A DNA stretch of 64,000 bases from Candidatus Eiseniibacteriota bacterium. Its GTDB lineage: Bacteria; Eisenbacteria; RBG-16-71-46. Positions 53,164 through 62,696 of this stretch are shown here, piece after piece. Numbering within the stretch: position 1 is the stretch's first letter; each line of letters starts with the position of its first letter. The DNA lies in assembly GCA_963776245.1 (NCBI GenBank), contig CAVZLN010000008.1:256001-320000 (forward strand), written 5' to 3'. The translations under genes were made by a program, and so were the position numbers. Under the pieces are notes generated by a model that saw only the letters and a program-made list of their open reading frames with translations, was not told the DNA's origin and searched no databases.

Positions 53164-54327
53164 CTATTCGTGGAAGGATCCGCCCGCGCGAACCGGGCCC
53201 GGCGCATCCATGGCTTCGGCACCCGAAGAGTCCACCGGCTGCCACATCCGGTCCGAGGTGGCCGAGATCCCCTTCAGCTTGAGGCTCAGCTCGTTCGGAT
53301 TGGTGCAGTTCTTGAGCGCTTCCTCCTCGGAGATGAGGCCGTCGCGCAGCAGCGCCAGGACCGACTGATCGAAGGTCTGCATGCCGTACTGCGTCACGCC
53401 CTCGGCCACCACCTGGTGGATGAACGGCGTCTTCTCCGGATTGAGGATGTACTCCCGCAGCGTCGGGGTGCTCACCATGATCTCGACCCCGGGCACGCGC
53501 CCTGCGCCATCGAGCCGCGGGATGAGGCGCTGCGAGATGACCGCGCGCAGGTTGGCCGACATCGAGAGCCGGATCTCGTCGTGCTGGTGGGGCGGATAGA
53601 ACGAGATGATGCGCTGCAGCGTCTGGACCACGTCGGTGGTGTGCAGGGTGGACAGCACCAGGTGGCCGGTGTCGGCCGCCATGAGCACCGTGCTCATGGT
53701 CTCGAGATCGCGGATCTCGCCGACCAGGATGATGTCCGGGTCCTGGCGCAGCACGTATTTCAGCCCGTCGTTGAACGAACGGGTGTCGAGCCCGACCTCG
53801 CGCTGGTGGATGAACGACATCCGGTCGCGGTGGAGGAACTCGATCGGGTCCTCGACCGTGATGATGTTGCGCGTCGTGACCCGGTTGAGCGCGTCGACCA
53901 TGGCCGCCAGCGTCGTGGACTTGCCCGAGCCGGTGCGCCCGGTGACCAGCACCAGCCCGCGCGGCGAGAACGCCAGCTCGCGCACCGCCGCCGGCAGGTG
54001 CAGGTCCTCGATGCTCGGCACCTCGACCGGCACGTGCCGGAGCGCCAGCGCGGGCGTGCCGCGCTGCATGAAGATGTTGGCGCGGAAGCGCGCCAGGCCC
54101 GACACGCCGAAGGCGAAGTCGATCTCGTTGTGGGTGGTGAAGTAGTGGCGCTGTTCCTCGTTGAGCAGCTGGTCGCCCACGTCGCGCAGGTCCTTCGCGC
54201 TCGGCGGCGGCTCGTCGAGGGTGTAGAGCACGCCGTCCACCCGCACCACCGGCGCCGTGCCCGCCTTGAGGTGCAGATCGCTCGCATGCGCCGCGATCAT
54301 CTTCTCGAGCACGCTTCGGATGTTCAT
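53164..54327 (-). CDS. pilT: PilT/PilU family type IV pilus retraction ATPase
   Basis: [55 protein letters not shown] and GMQTFDQ. Confidence 0.9.
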   Translation of the reverse strand: MNIRSVLEKMIAAHASDLHLKAGTAPVVRVDGVLYTLDEPPPSAKDLRDVGDQLLNEEQRHYFTTHNEIDFAFGVSGLARFRANIFMQRGTPALALRHVPVEVPSIEDLHLPAAVRELAFSPRGLVLVTGRTGSGKSTTLAAMVDALNRVTTRNIITVEDPIEFLHRDRMSFIHQREVGLDTRSFNDGLKYVLRQDPDIILVGEIRDLETMSTVLMAADTGHLVLSTLHTTDVVQTLQRIISFYPPHQHDEIRLSMSANLRAVISQRLIPRLDGAGRVPGVEIMVSTPTLREYILNPEKTPFIHQVVAEGVTQYGMQTFDQSVLALLRDGLISEEEALKNCTNPNELSLKLKGISATSDRMWQPVDSSGAEAMDAPGPVRAGGSFHE

Positions 54328-54358
54328 GCCATACCCCCGGGCGCGGCGATGCCGCGGA

Positions 54359-54908
<550 letters not shown>

Positions 54909-54925
<17 letters not shown>

Positions 54926-55358
54926 GGCCGAGCCGGTCCGCCAGGGCGCGCAGAGCGAGGGTATAGGAGTCCGCCCCGAACCCCTGCACCACGCCGAGCG
55001 CGGCGCCGGAGACCAGGGATCGATGACGGAAGGACTCGCGAGCGTGGGGATTGGACAAGTGGACCTCGATCACGGGCAGACCCGCCGCGAGCACGGCATC
55101 TCGAAGCGCGACACTCGTATGGGTCAGCCCCCCGGGATTGAGCAGCACGCCGTGGAATCGTCCGCGTGCGGTGTGGAGGGCGTCGATCAGGACGCCCTCG
55201 TGGTTGCTCTGGCGACACTCCACCTCGCATCCGAACTCGGCGCCCAGGCGCTCGAGGCGCCGGTCGATCTCGTCGAGCGACGTGGAGCCGTACACGTCCG
55301 GCTCGCGCGCGCCGAGCAGGTTCAGGTTCGGGCCATGCAGAACCAGGATGCGATTCAT
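54909..55358 (-). CDS. aroQ: type II 3-dehydroquinate dehydratase
   Basis: [29 protein letters not shown] and EVHLSN. Confidence 0.96.
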
Positions 55359-55363
55359 ACGGG

Positions 55364-56470
55364 TCAGGTCCGGGCTCCGACTTCGAGCAGGACCGCCCGC
55401 ACGAGGCGGCCCGTTATCAGGCGAGGCACGCTAGCAGAGCCCATCCGGGGGGTCAACACCCAGCGCACCCCTGCGCGCGCGCGCTTCTTGTCGCGCTCCA
55501 TCGGCACCAGCACGCGCCTCAACCGCATCGCCGGCATGCGCTTCGGGAGCCCGAGCGCATCGAGCAGCGCGACCAGACGCGCGCGCTCGGCGGGCGGCAG
55601 ACCGGCCACGCGCACCGAGAGCGACGCCGCCGCGCGCAGCCCGATCGCCACCGCTTCCCCGTGGAGCAACCCGCGGTAGTCGAGCGCCGCCTCGAGGGCG
55701 TGGCCCAGGGTGTGCCCCAGGTTGAGCGCGGTGCGCCCGCCCCCCTCGCGCTCGAACGGATCGGAGCGCACCACGGCGGCCTTGGCGCGGATGGCGCGGC
55801 GCACCGCGCCCGCGAGGGCCGCCGGTTCGCCCGCGGCGAGCGCGCCGGCGTGGCGCTCGCACCAGCGGAACAGCGCCGCGTCCACGCCGAAGCCCATCTT
55901 GACCACCTCCGCGAGGCCGGCGCGGCGGTGACGCGCGGGCAGCGTGGCGAGCACGCGGGGGTCCACCAGCACGCCCGCGGGCTGGTGGAACGCCCCCGCC
56001 AGGTTCTTGCCGGCGGCCAGGTCGACGCCGGTCTTGCCGCCCACGCTGCTGTCCACCTGCGCGAGCATCGAGGTCGGCACTCCCACCCACGCGACGCCGC
56101 GCAGGTAGCTCGCGGCGGCGAAGCCCGCGAGGTCGCCGACCACCCCGCCCCCGAGCGCGACCACCGCGCCATCGCGCGGCAGGCCCGCGGCGGCGAACCG
56201 CTCCCACAGCCACTCGAGCCGCGAGGCGCGCTTGCTGGATTCGCCCGCGGGGACGGTGAGCGCGCTCACTGCGCACCCCGCGCGGACCAGCGTGCGCCGG
56301 GCGCGCGCGGCGTAGAGCGCACCGACCCGCGTGTCGGTCACCAGCGCGACGCGGGTGGCGCCGGTGAGCCGGCGCACGAACGGACCCAGGCGATCCAGAC
56401 CGCCGGCATCGATGCGCACGCGGCTGGTCGCGCCGTGCGGCGCGTAGCGGATGGTCAGGTCGGTCGGCAC
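55364..56470 (-). CDS. aroB: 3-dehydroquinate synthase
   Basis: GGGVVGDLAGF, VDSSVGGKTG, KNLAGAFHQP, LNLGHTLGH and HGEAVAIG. Confidence 0.96.
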   Translation of the reverse strand: MPTDLTIRYAPHGATSRVRIDAGGLDRLGPFVRRLTGATRVALVTDTRVGALYAARARRTLVRAGCAVSALTVPAGESSKRASRLEWLWERFAAAGLPRDGAVVALGGGVVGDLAGFAAASYLRGVAWVGVPTSMLAQVDSSVGGKTGVDLAAGKNLAGAFHQPAGVLVDPRVLATLPARHRRAGLAEVVKMGFGVDAALFRWCERHAGALAAGEPAALAGAVRRAIRAKAAVVRSDPFEREGGGRTALNLGHTLGHALEAALDYRGLLHGEAVAIGLRAAASLSVRVAGLPPAERARLVALLDALGLPKRMPAMRLRRVLVPMERDKKRARAGVRWVLTPRMGSASVPRLITGRLVRAVLLEVGART

Positions 56471-56514
56471 GGGGCGCAGTCTATGCGCCCCGGCGGGCGG
56501 CGTCGAGACGCGCG

Positions 56515-57702
56515 TCAGCGCGCCGGTCCGGGCGTCTCCCCGCGCAGCCGCTGGAGCTCGCCGCGCAGGCGCTCGATCTCACGCTCCAGCTGGCCGATCC
56601 GCTGCGCCGGCGCGCCGGGGGCCGCGGGCACGGCGTCGGCGATCGCCCAGCCCGGCTGCGCCACCGGCGACTCGCCGAGGATCACGCGCGCGCTCTGGCG
56701 GAGCTCATCGCGCACCCAGACCAACTCCACCGGCATTCCCGGGCGGGACGCGGTGACCCAGCGCCCGAGTTGCTCGGGGTACTCCACCCGCTCGCCGTCG
56801 AACGCGACCAGCAGGTCGCCCGGCTTGAGCCCGGCGCGGTCGGCGGGCCCGCCGGCGGTGACCGACTGCACCAGCGCGCCGAGCGGCACGCGCACTTCCC
56901 TCTGGACCGCGCTCTCCACGAACGCGGCGCGCGTGTCGACGCCGATCCAGCCATGCCGGACCCGGCCGAGGCGGCGCAGGTCGTCCCACGCCACGCGGAC
57001 GTGACTGAGCGGCAGCATCAGGGAGTTCGCGCCGGCGCGCCCGTACTCGACCCCGCTCACCGCGCCGAGTTCGCCGAGCACCAGGCCGATCAACGCGCCG
57101 TGCGCGTCGAGCACCGGACCGCCGCTGTTCCCCGGGTAGACCGTGTTGGTGAGCTGGAGGAGGGTGAGACCGGGCTCGGCGTGCCGACCCACCATCGTGC
57201 CCACGGATTGGGTCGGCTCCCGGCGGAACGAGTTGCCGAGGACGATGGTCCAGTCGCCGGGCTGCGGCGCGCGCTCGCCCGCGAGCGGCAGCGGCGGCAC
57301 GCGCAGGTCGGGCACCCGCAGGTAGGCGATGTTCAGGATCAGATCGGCGCCGACCAGCTGGGCCTCGACCTCGATGCCGTTCGAGGTCCGGACGAACACG
57401 CGCTGCGCGCCCTGCACCACACTCGCCGCGGTGAGGATGGCGCCCTCTTCCACGGCGACCCCGGAGCCCACGCGCAACCGCGGCGGCGGCACCCGGCCCG
57501 CGCGGGCCCCCGTCGCCGGGAGCTGCGCGACCACCGCCACGACCGAGGGGCGGGCGTGTCGGGCGAGCTGGTCGACATCGGTCTGGAGCGCCGAGAGCGT
57601 GCCCTGCGCGCCGGCCGGGCGCGCGCCTCCCGCGGCAACACCGAATAGCGCCACCGTGAGGATGCAGGTGGCGCCCCGCAGAGGGGACGGCTTGGGCGTC
57701 AT
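56515..57702 (-). CDS. HtrA/DegP-like trypsin-fold + PDZ exported protein with a degenerate catalytic triad
   Basis: Signal peptide, PSVV, GSGV, ILTAASVV, PGNSGGP, GWIGV and GPADRAGLKPGD (PDZ). Confidence 0.85.
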   Translation of the reverse strand: MTPKPSPLRGATCILTVALFGVAAGGARPAGAQGTLSALQTDVDQLARHARPSVVAVVAQLPATGARAGRVPPPRLRVGSGVAVEEGAILTAASVVQGAQRVFVRTSNGIEVEAQLVGADLILNIAYLRVPDLRVPPLPLAGERAPQPGDWTIVLGNSFRREPTQSVGTMVGRHAEPGLTLLQLTNTVYPGNSGGPVLDAHGALIGLVLGELGAVSGVEYGRAGANSLMLPLSHVRVAWDDLRRLGRVRHGWIGVDTRAAFVESAVQREVRVPLGALVQSVTAGGPADRAGLKPGDLLVAFDGERVEYPEQLGRWVTASRPGMPVELVWVRDELRQSARVILGESPVAQPGWAIADAVPAAPGAPAQRIGQLEREIERLRGELQRLRGETPGPAR

Positions 57703-57710
57703 GTTCCCGC

Positions 57711-58316
57711 CTAGAATGAGATGACCGCTCGCCCGGCCCGGATGCCGTTCACCGAATTCGTCTTCCCCGCCACCTCATGGCGCACCGCCACCGGATCGAG
57801 GATGAACTCGACGTCCTCGCTGTGGTCGAACAGGCTGTCGGTGACCGCCGCGACCCGCGCGGACGAGGCGGAACGGCCGGGCGAAGGGCCGCCGGACGCG
57901 GCCGCGCCGGGCCCGGTGGCCGCCACCAGTTGCGGCTGGGGCAGCGCCCCCGTGGCCGATCGCGAAGCGAAGCGGCCGGGCTGCCGCACCGCCCACGGCA
58001 GGATCGCGAGCGCGCCCACCATGAGCACCGCGGCCACCGCGACCGCCGGGACCCACGCGGGCGAAGGTGAGGCCGGGATGCGGTCGGGAGCGGGGGATGC
58101 ACGTCGCGCGCCCGCGAGGACACGCTCGACGAGCCCGGGCGCCGCCTCGAGGCGCGGCAGCGAAGCCATCAGCTCGAGGGTGCGGGAGTGGGCCTCGTAG
58201 CGCGCGCGGCAGTCCGGACACGACGCGAAGTGGGCTTCGATCACTTCCCGCTCGGCCTGCGTGGTCTCGTCGTCCCAGTAGGCGTCGAAGAGCCTCTGGA
58301 TCCCGGTGCACTTCAT
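57711..58316 (-). CDS. zinc-finger (zf-HC2/ZAS) membrane anti-sigma factor
   Basis: MKC...HFASCPDC (HxxxCxxC) and one TM segment; ATGA overlap with the sigma gene. Confidence 0.88.
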   Translation of the reverse strand: MKCTGIQRLFDAYWDDETTQAEREVIEAHFASCPDCRARYEAHSRTLELMASLPRLEAAPGLVERVLAGARRASPAPDRIPASPSPAWVPAVAVAAVLMVGALAILPWAVRQPGRFASRSATGALPQPQLVAATGPGAAASGGPSPGRSASSARVAAVTDSLFDHSEDVEFILDPVAVRHEVAGKTNSVNGIRAGRAVISF

Positions 58317-58948
58317 GATGGTTCTTCCCGTCGGAGTAGCGGTTCGAGTTTGCGCTTCAGCATCCCGCGCGCCCGGTTGATCCGTGATCTCACCGTGCCG
58401 CCGGGGATGCCGAGCACGTCGGCGATCTCCTCGTATGGCAGCCCTTCGATGTCCCTCAGCACCAGCGCCAGTCGGTACTTCTCGGGCACCGTCGCGATCG
58501 CCCGCGCCACCGCATCCTGGAGCTGTTCGCGCTCGAGCGTGCGTTCCCGGCTCTCGCCCGGGTCCGCCAGCTGGGGCGCGCTGTCCTTCAGCACCTCCTG
58601 CAGCGCGTCCAGACTGAACCAGTTGCGCCGCCTCACCCGTCGCCGGATCTCGTTCTTCGCGAGGTTCGCGGCGATGGTGAAGAGCCAGGTGGAGAACTTC
58701 GACCCGCGCCGGTAGTTCCGGCGGTGGACGAAGACGCGGATGAACACCTCCTGCGCCAGGTCGTCCGCGCACTCCCGGTCGTTGAGCACCCGGGCCACCA
58801 GGTTCGTCACGCGACCCTGGAAGCGCCGGACCAGCTCCGGGAAGGCACGATCGTCATCCTCAGCCACCCGGACCATGAGATCCTCGTCCGAAAGACTGAG
58901 TATGGGCGGCAGCGAGGGATCGCGGTCGGTTCCCACGGGCTCACTCAC
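58313..58948 (-). CDS. ECF RNA polymerase sigma factor (RpoE/SigW-like)
   Basis: DLAQEVF, FSTWLFTIAAN and YEEIADVLGIPGGTVRSRINRAR. Confidence 0.93.
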   Translation of the reverse strand: MSEPVGTDRDPSLPPILSLSDEDLMVRVAEDDDRAFPELVRRFQGRVTNLVARVLNDRECADDLAQEVFIRVFVHRRNYRRGSKFSTWLFTIAANLAKNEIRRRVRRRNWFSLDALQEVLKDSAPQLADPGESRERTLEREQLQDAVARAIATVPEKYRLALVLRDIEGLPYEEIADVLGIPGGTVRSRINRARGMLKRKLEPLLRREEPS

Positions 58949-58956
58949 CCTTAGTC

Positions 58957-58984
58957 GTTACACCCTTGCAAGGGGCATGGTTCC
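58957..58984 (-). promoter_or_regulatory. possible ECF autoregulatory promoter GGAACC-N17-GTAAC
   Basis: GGAAC -35-like box in the AT-richer gap just upstream of the ECF gene; the spacer holds the palindrome CCCTTGCAAGGG. Confidence 0.35.
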
Positions 58985-58990
58985 CGACGT

Positions 58991-60658
58991 TCATGGGAGC
59001 TCCGAGAGCTTGCTCTTGAGCCGGGGGTTGGCGGCCTTCCCGGCCAGGGCGAGGCGGTACTGCTGGCGCGCCAAGTCCATGAGGTTCAAGTCCTTGTACA
59101 CGTCTCCCAGGTGCTCGTGGATCTCGGGGTCGCCCCCGCTCAGCCGCAGCGCGCGCTCGAGCTCGGCGCGCGCCTGCTCGACCCTTCCGAGCCGATAGTA
59201 GATCCAGCCGAGCGAGTCGATGAAGGCCCCATTGTCGGGATCCAGCTCGACCGCGCGCTGGATCAGCCCCAGCGCCTCCTCTAGGTGCTCGCCCCGATCG
59301 GCGAACAGGTAGCCCAGGAAGTTGAGCGCGACCGCGTTGTCCGGCTCGCGCGCGAGCACGTCGCGGGCCGCCGCCTCGGCGCCCGCGGGGTCGCCGCGCT
59401 GCTGCCGGCAGAAGGCCAGGTCGAGCAGCAGCCCGGGGTGGCCGGGGAAGCGCTGGAGCGCCTCGAGCCACGTGCTCTCGGCCGCCGCCCACCGGCTGGC
59501 GCTCTGCCGGATGCGCGCGAGGAGCACGCGCGGCTCGAGCGAGTCGGGCTGCGCGGCGATCGCTCGCCGGGCATGGTCCTCGGCCAGGTCCCAGTCCTCC
59601 GCCATGGCGCGGGCGCGCGCGGCCGCGGCCAGCCCGCGCACGTCACCCGGGTGGCGCTTCGCCCACCCCTCGGTCAGCACCGCTCCCTCGCGCGCCCGGC
59701 CGTTCTGCGCCATCAGCGCCGCGGCGCGTGCCACGCGCGTCGGGTCCTCGGGCGCCGCGCGCATCAGCCGCTCGAGCGCGGCACGCCCGGCGGTGGGCTT
59801 CCCCGCGCGATAGGCGAGGCCGGCTTCGACCTCGATCGCGTCCGCCTCGCCCGGAGCTTCGCGCGCCACCTGCCGCGCGAGCGCATACGCCTCGTCGAAT
59901 CGCTTGGAGCGCGCCAGCAGCTCGACCAGGCGACGGCGCGTGCCGGAGTCCTCGGGATGGAGCGCCAGGTGGCTGCGGAAACGGCCGATGGCGTCCTCCA
60001 CGCGACCCAGACCCTGGTCGACCAGGCCGCGCATGAAGTCCAGCCCGGGACGCTGCGGGTTGAGCTCCGCCGCCACGGCGAGCGCGGAGTCGGCGGCGCC
60101 GTAGTTCCCGCGCCGGCCTTCGACGGTGCCGAGCTGGAACCACGCCTCGGCGTCGTCCTCCTCCAGACCCACGACCCTGCGCCATGCCCCGGCCACGACG
60201 TCCCAGCGCTCGACCTGCTGCGCCGCGTGCGCCAGTGTGCGCTGGTACTCGATCTCGTCCGGGGCCAGCGCGGTGGCGCGCTCCAGCGCGGCGAGGGCCT
60301 CGGGATAGCGCTCGAGGTGGAACAGGGCCGCGCCCCGCAGCCAGTGGGCGTGAGCGTCTTCCGGCGCGGCCTGGAGCGCGCGATCGGCGAGTTCGAGCGC
60401 CCGGCCCGGCTCGCCGAGCTCGATGTTCATCTCGCTCGCGCTGCCGAGCAGCGTCGGCGACCGCGGGTCCGCGACCAGGGCGCGGTAGATCTCCCCGACC
60501 GCCTCCGCGGGGGAACCGCTCTCCTCGAAGAGCCGGCCGGACGCGTAATGCCGCAGGGCCTCGAGGCTCGGATAACGCGAGGGATCGGGCTGCAGCGTGG
60601 AATCCGGCGGCACGGTCGAGGCCGCGGCCAGGGTCAGGGCGCAAGCGACGATCCACAT
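58991..60658 (-). CDS. exported tetratricopeptide-repeat protein
   Basis: Repeated TPR helices and a C-terminal ALNFLGY..A...PDNGAFIDSLGWIYY...EHLGD signature. The start could also be the GTG at 60676. Confidence 0.88.
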   Translation of the reverse strand: MWIVACALTLAAASTVPPDSTLQPDPSRYPSLEALRHYASGRLFEESGSPAEAVGEIYRALVADPRSPTLLGSASEMNIELGEPGRALELADRALQAAPEDAHAHWLRGAALFHLERYPEALAALERATALAPDEIEYQRTLAHAAQQVERWDVVAGAWRRVVGLEEDDAEAWFQLGTVEGRRGNYGAADSALAVAAELNPQRPGLDFMRGLVDQGLGRVEDAIGRFRSHLALHPEDSGTRRRLVELLARSKRFDEAYALARQVAREAPGEADAIEVEAGLAYRAGKPTAGRAALERLMRAAPEDPTRVARAAALMAQNGRAREGAVLTEGWAKRHPGDVRGLAAAARARAMAEDWDLAEDHARRAIAAQPDSLEPRVLLARIRQSASRWAAAESTWLEALQRFPGHPGLLLDLAFCRQQRGDPAGAEAAARDVLAREPDNAVALNFLGYLFADRGEHLEEALGLIQRAVELDPDNGAFIDSLGWIYYRLGRVEQARAELERALRLSGGDPEIHEHLGDVYKDLNLMDLARQQYRLALAGKAANPRLKSKLSELP

Positions 60659-60788
60659 GAGCCGGAAGCGTAGCACGCGCTCGTCCGGCGCAACCAGCGC
60701 TCCGTGCGGCGTCGCCACGGTGCGGCCGCGCGGCGCGCGGCGCGCGAGTGTGGTATCTCTTCGGTCGGACCCGTCACCCGGAGCCCCG

Positions 60789-62147
60789 ATGAGCACGATT
60801 CCCCGGCCCGCACGCATCCTCGTCGTCGATGACGAGCCCTCGGTGGCCGGCGTCATCGCCCGCCTCGCCGAGTCGTTCGGGCACGAGGTGGTGCAGGCCG
60901 ACAGCGTCGAGCACGCGCAGCAGGCCTTCGCCGCGTCGGAGTTCGACGTGGTGCTCACCGACCTGCGCCTCGGCCGTCGTGACGGCCTCGAGCTGCTGCG
61001 CCACATCCAGGAGCGCGCTCCCGAGGTCCCGGTGGTCCTCATCACCGGCCAGGCCAGCGTCGAGTCGGTGATGGAGGCGATCCGCGACGGCGCCTACGAC
61101 TATCTGACCAAGCCCACCGAACGCACCGCGCTGGGGGTACTGCTCCAGCGCGCGATCGAGAAGAAGCGCATCTCGGTCGAGGTCCGCGACCTGCGCCATG
61201 AGATCGACTCGCGCATCGCGCTCGAGACCATCGCCGGACGCTCGCCCCAGATGCTCGAGGTGTTCAAGACCGTGGCCCGGGTGGCGCCCAGCAAGAGCAA
61301 CATCCTCATCCTGGGCGAAAGTGGCACCGGCAAGGAACTGGTGGCGCGCGCGCTCCACCTGCAGAGCCCGCGCGCGCTGCAGCGCTTCGTCCCCGTGAAC
61401 GTCTCCGCCATCCCCGAGGGCCTGCTCGAGAGCGAGTTGTTCGGGCACCTGCGGGGATCGTTCACCGGGGCCACCACGACCCGGCGCGGCGTGTTCGAGG
61501 AGGCGCACCGGGGCACGCTGTTCCTGGACGAGATCGGCGACCTCTCGATGCCCCTCCAGGCCAAGCTGCTGAGGGTCATCCAGGAGCAGCGTGTGAAGCC
61601 CGTGGGCGGCAGCGAGGAGATCGCGGTGGACGTCAGGATCGTCGGCGCCACGCACCGGGACCTCGAGGAGATGGTGCGCGCCGGCCGTTTCCGCGAGGAC
61701 CTCTACTACCGGCTCAACGTGGTATCGATCGCGCTCCCCCCGTTGCGCGAACGGCCCGGCGACATCCCGGTGCTCATCCAGCACTTCCTGCGCAAGCTCG
61801 AACAGGAGACCGGCCGGCCGGTGCCGCGCTTCGCTCCCGAGACCCTCGAATTGCTAGCCGCGTATCCGTGGCCGGGCAATGTCCGCGAGCTCGAGAACGT
61901 CGTGGAGCGCGCGGTGCTGCTCTCGAACCAGAGCGTCATCGGACCCGACGCACTGCCGGCCCGCCTGCTCGACCCGGTCGCGGCCGAGGGCGCGCTCCCC
62001 ACCGGCCTGCCGGCCCTGGAGGTCATGATCGAACGCTACGTCGCGCGCGTGCTCGAGCACACCGCGGGCAACCAGACCCGCGCGGCCGGGATCCTCGGCA
62101 TCTCGCGTCGGACACTCCACCGCATGGCGGCGCGCCGTCGCCCGTAG
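60789..62147 (+). CDS. sigma54-dependent response regulator (NtrC/AtoC family: REC-AAA+-HTH)
   Basis: VVDDE, TDLRL (phospho-acceptor Asp), GESGTGKE, ESELFGH..GSFTGA, FLDEIG, FREDLYYRLNV, WPGNVRELEN and a Fis-type HTH (GNQTRAAGILGISRRTL). Confidence 0.95.
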   Translation: MSTIPRPARILVVDDEPSVAGVIARLAESFGHEVVQADSVEHAQQAFAASEFDVVLTDLRLGRRDGLELLRHIQERAPEVPVVLITGQASVESVMEAIRDGAYDYLTKPTERTALGVLLQRAIEKKRISVEVRDLRHEIDSRIALETIAGRSPQMLEVFKTVARVAPSKSNILILGESGTGKELVARALHLQSPRALQRFVPVNVSAIPEGLLESELFGHLRGSFTGATTTRRGVFEEAHRGTLFLDEIGDLSMPLQAKLLRVIQEQRVKPVGGSEEIAVDVRIVGATHRDLEEMVRAGRFREDLYYRLNVVSIALPPLRERPGDIPVLIQHFLRKLEQETGRPVPRFAPETLELLAAYPWPGNVRELENVVERAVLLSNQSVIGPDALPARLLDPVAAEGALPTGLPALEVMIERYVARVLEHTAGNQTRAAGILGISRRTLHRMAARRRP

Positions 62148-62157
62148 TGACGGCCGT

Positions 62158-62194
62158 GCGGGACACGATGGCCCGCCGCGGGACACGATGGCCC
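62158..62194. repeat. 17-bp perfect direct repeat (GCGGGACACGATGGCCC x2, 20-bp period); candidate activator-binding enhancer
   Basis: Copies at 62158-62174 and 62178-62194; each contains the imperfect palindrome GGGACA-N3-TGGCCC. Confidence 0.8.
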
Positions 62195-62249
62195 ACAACC
62201 GGTTCCTTCCGCCTGTCACGTGACTTAAGGAACGAACTTCAAGATGGTC

Positions 62250-62264
62250 AGGACGAATCGTCCC
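62250..62264. promoter_or_regulatory. third enhancer-like palindrome AGGACG-AAT-CGTCCC
   Basis: Same GGAC(A/G)-N3-(T/C)G(G/T)CC geometry as the two repeat units. Confidence 0.55.
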
Positions 62265-62371
62265 ATCCCGGCGCCGCGCGTCCCTCCGCCGCCGGCGGTC
62301 GCCATCTCTCATGACCGCGTAAGGCATTGCGATTCAATCCCAACCCGCTGGGTCCCTGGGATCTCGCGGGT

Positions 62372-62387
62372 TGGCACCGAGACTGCA
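62372..62387 (+). promoter_or_regulatory. sigma54 -24/-12 promoter TGGCAC-CGAGA-CTGCA
   Basis: GG at 62373-62374 and GC at 62385-62386 with canonical spacing; predicts +1 near 62398. Confidence 0.75.
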
Positions 62388-62397
62388 TGTGCGACCG

Positions 62398-62575
62398 GTT
62401 GGAAGCGGGTCGCCCGAGTCAGTCCAGAGAGCGGCGGCCCTGCTGTACAGATCTCGACGACTTGATGTCTGTCGTCATTCCGTGACGGGAATGGAAGATC
62501 CGAGGGGCCTACCCGGAGCGCGAATGGCGGCAGTTTAGAGGCGGGGGACGCAAGTTCCCCGCCTCGTTCTTTGTT
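62398..62575 (+). ncRNA. putative sigma54-dependent small RNA (~175 nt), family not recognised
   Basis: Bounded by a sigma54 promoter and an intrinsic terminator; nested stems; no convincing ORF; the next gene is convergent. Confidence 0.6.
62538..62575 (+). terminator. intrinsic terminator
   Basis: GAGGCGGGGGAC-GCAA-GTTCCCCGCCTC (12 bp, GNRA loop) followed by GTTCTTTGTT. Confidence 0.85.
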
Positions 62576-62640
62576 CCCACCCCGCGCCTCGCTCCCGGTC
62601 CCGGTCCCGCAGCCGGAGCGGGGACGCGCCGGACGGACGT

Positions 62641-62674
62641 CGAGCGGGCGGCGAATGTCCCCGCCGCCCGCTCG
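62641..62674 (-). terminator. 13-bp perfect hairpin 22 nt after the rnc stop
   Basis: CGAGCGGGCGGCG-8 nt-CGCCGCCCGCTCG; no U-tract. Confidence 0.5.
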
Positions 62675-62696
62675 TGACCGCCCTCCCGCCGACTCT

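Noticed and set aside
62491..62538. 15-codon ORF (MEDPRGLPGARMAAV) inside the candidate sRNA; also considered a tmRNA tag
   Set aside because: No properly spaced SD, the start is buried in a stem, and there are no tRNA-like ends. Kept only as an alternative to test.
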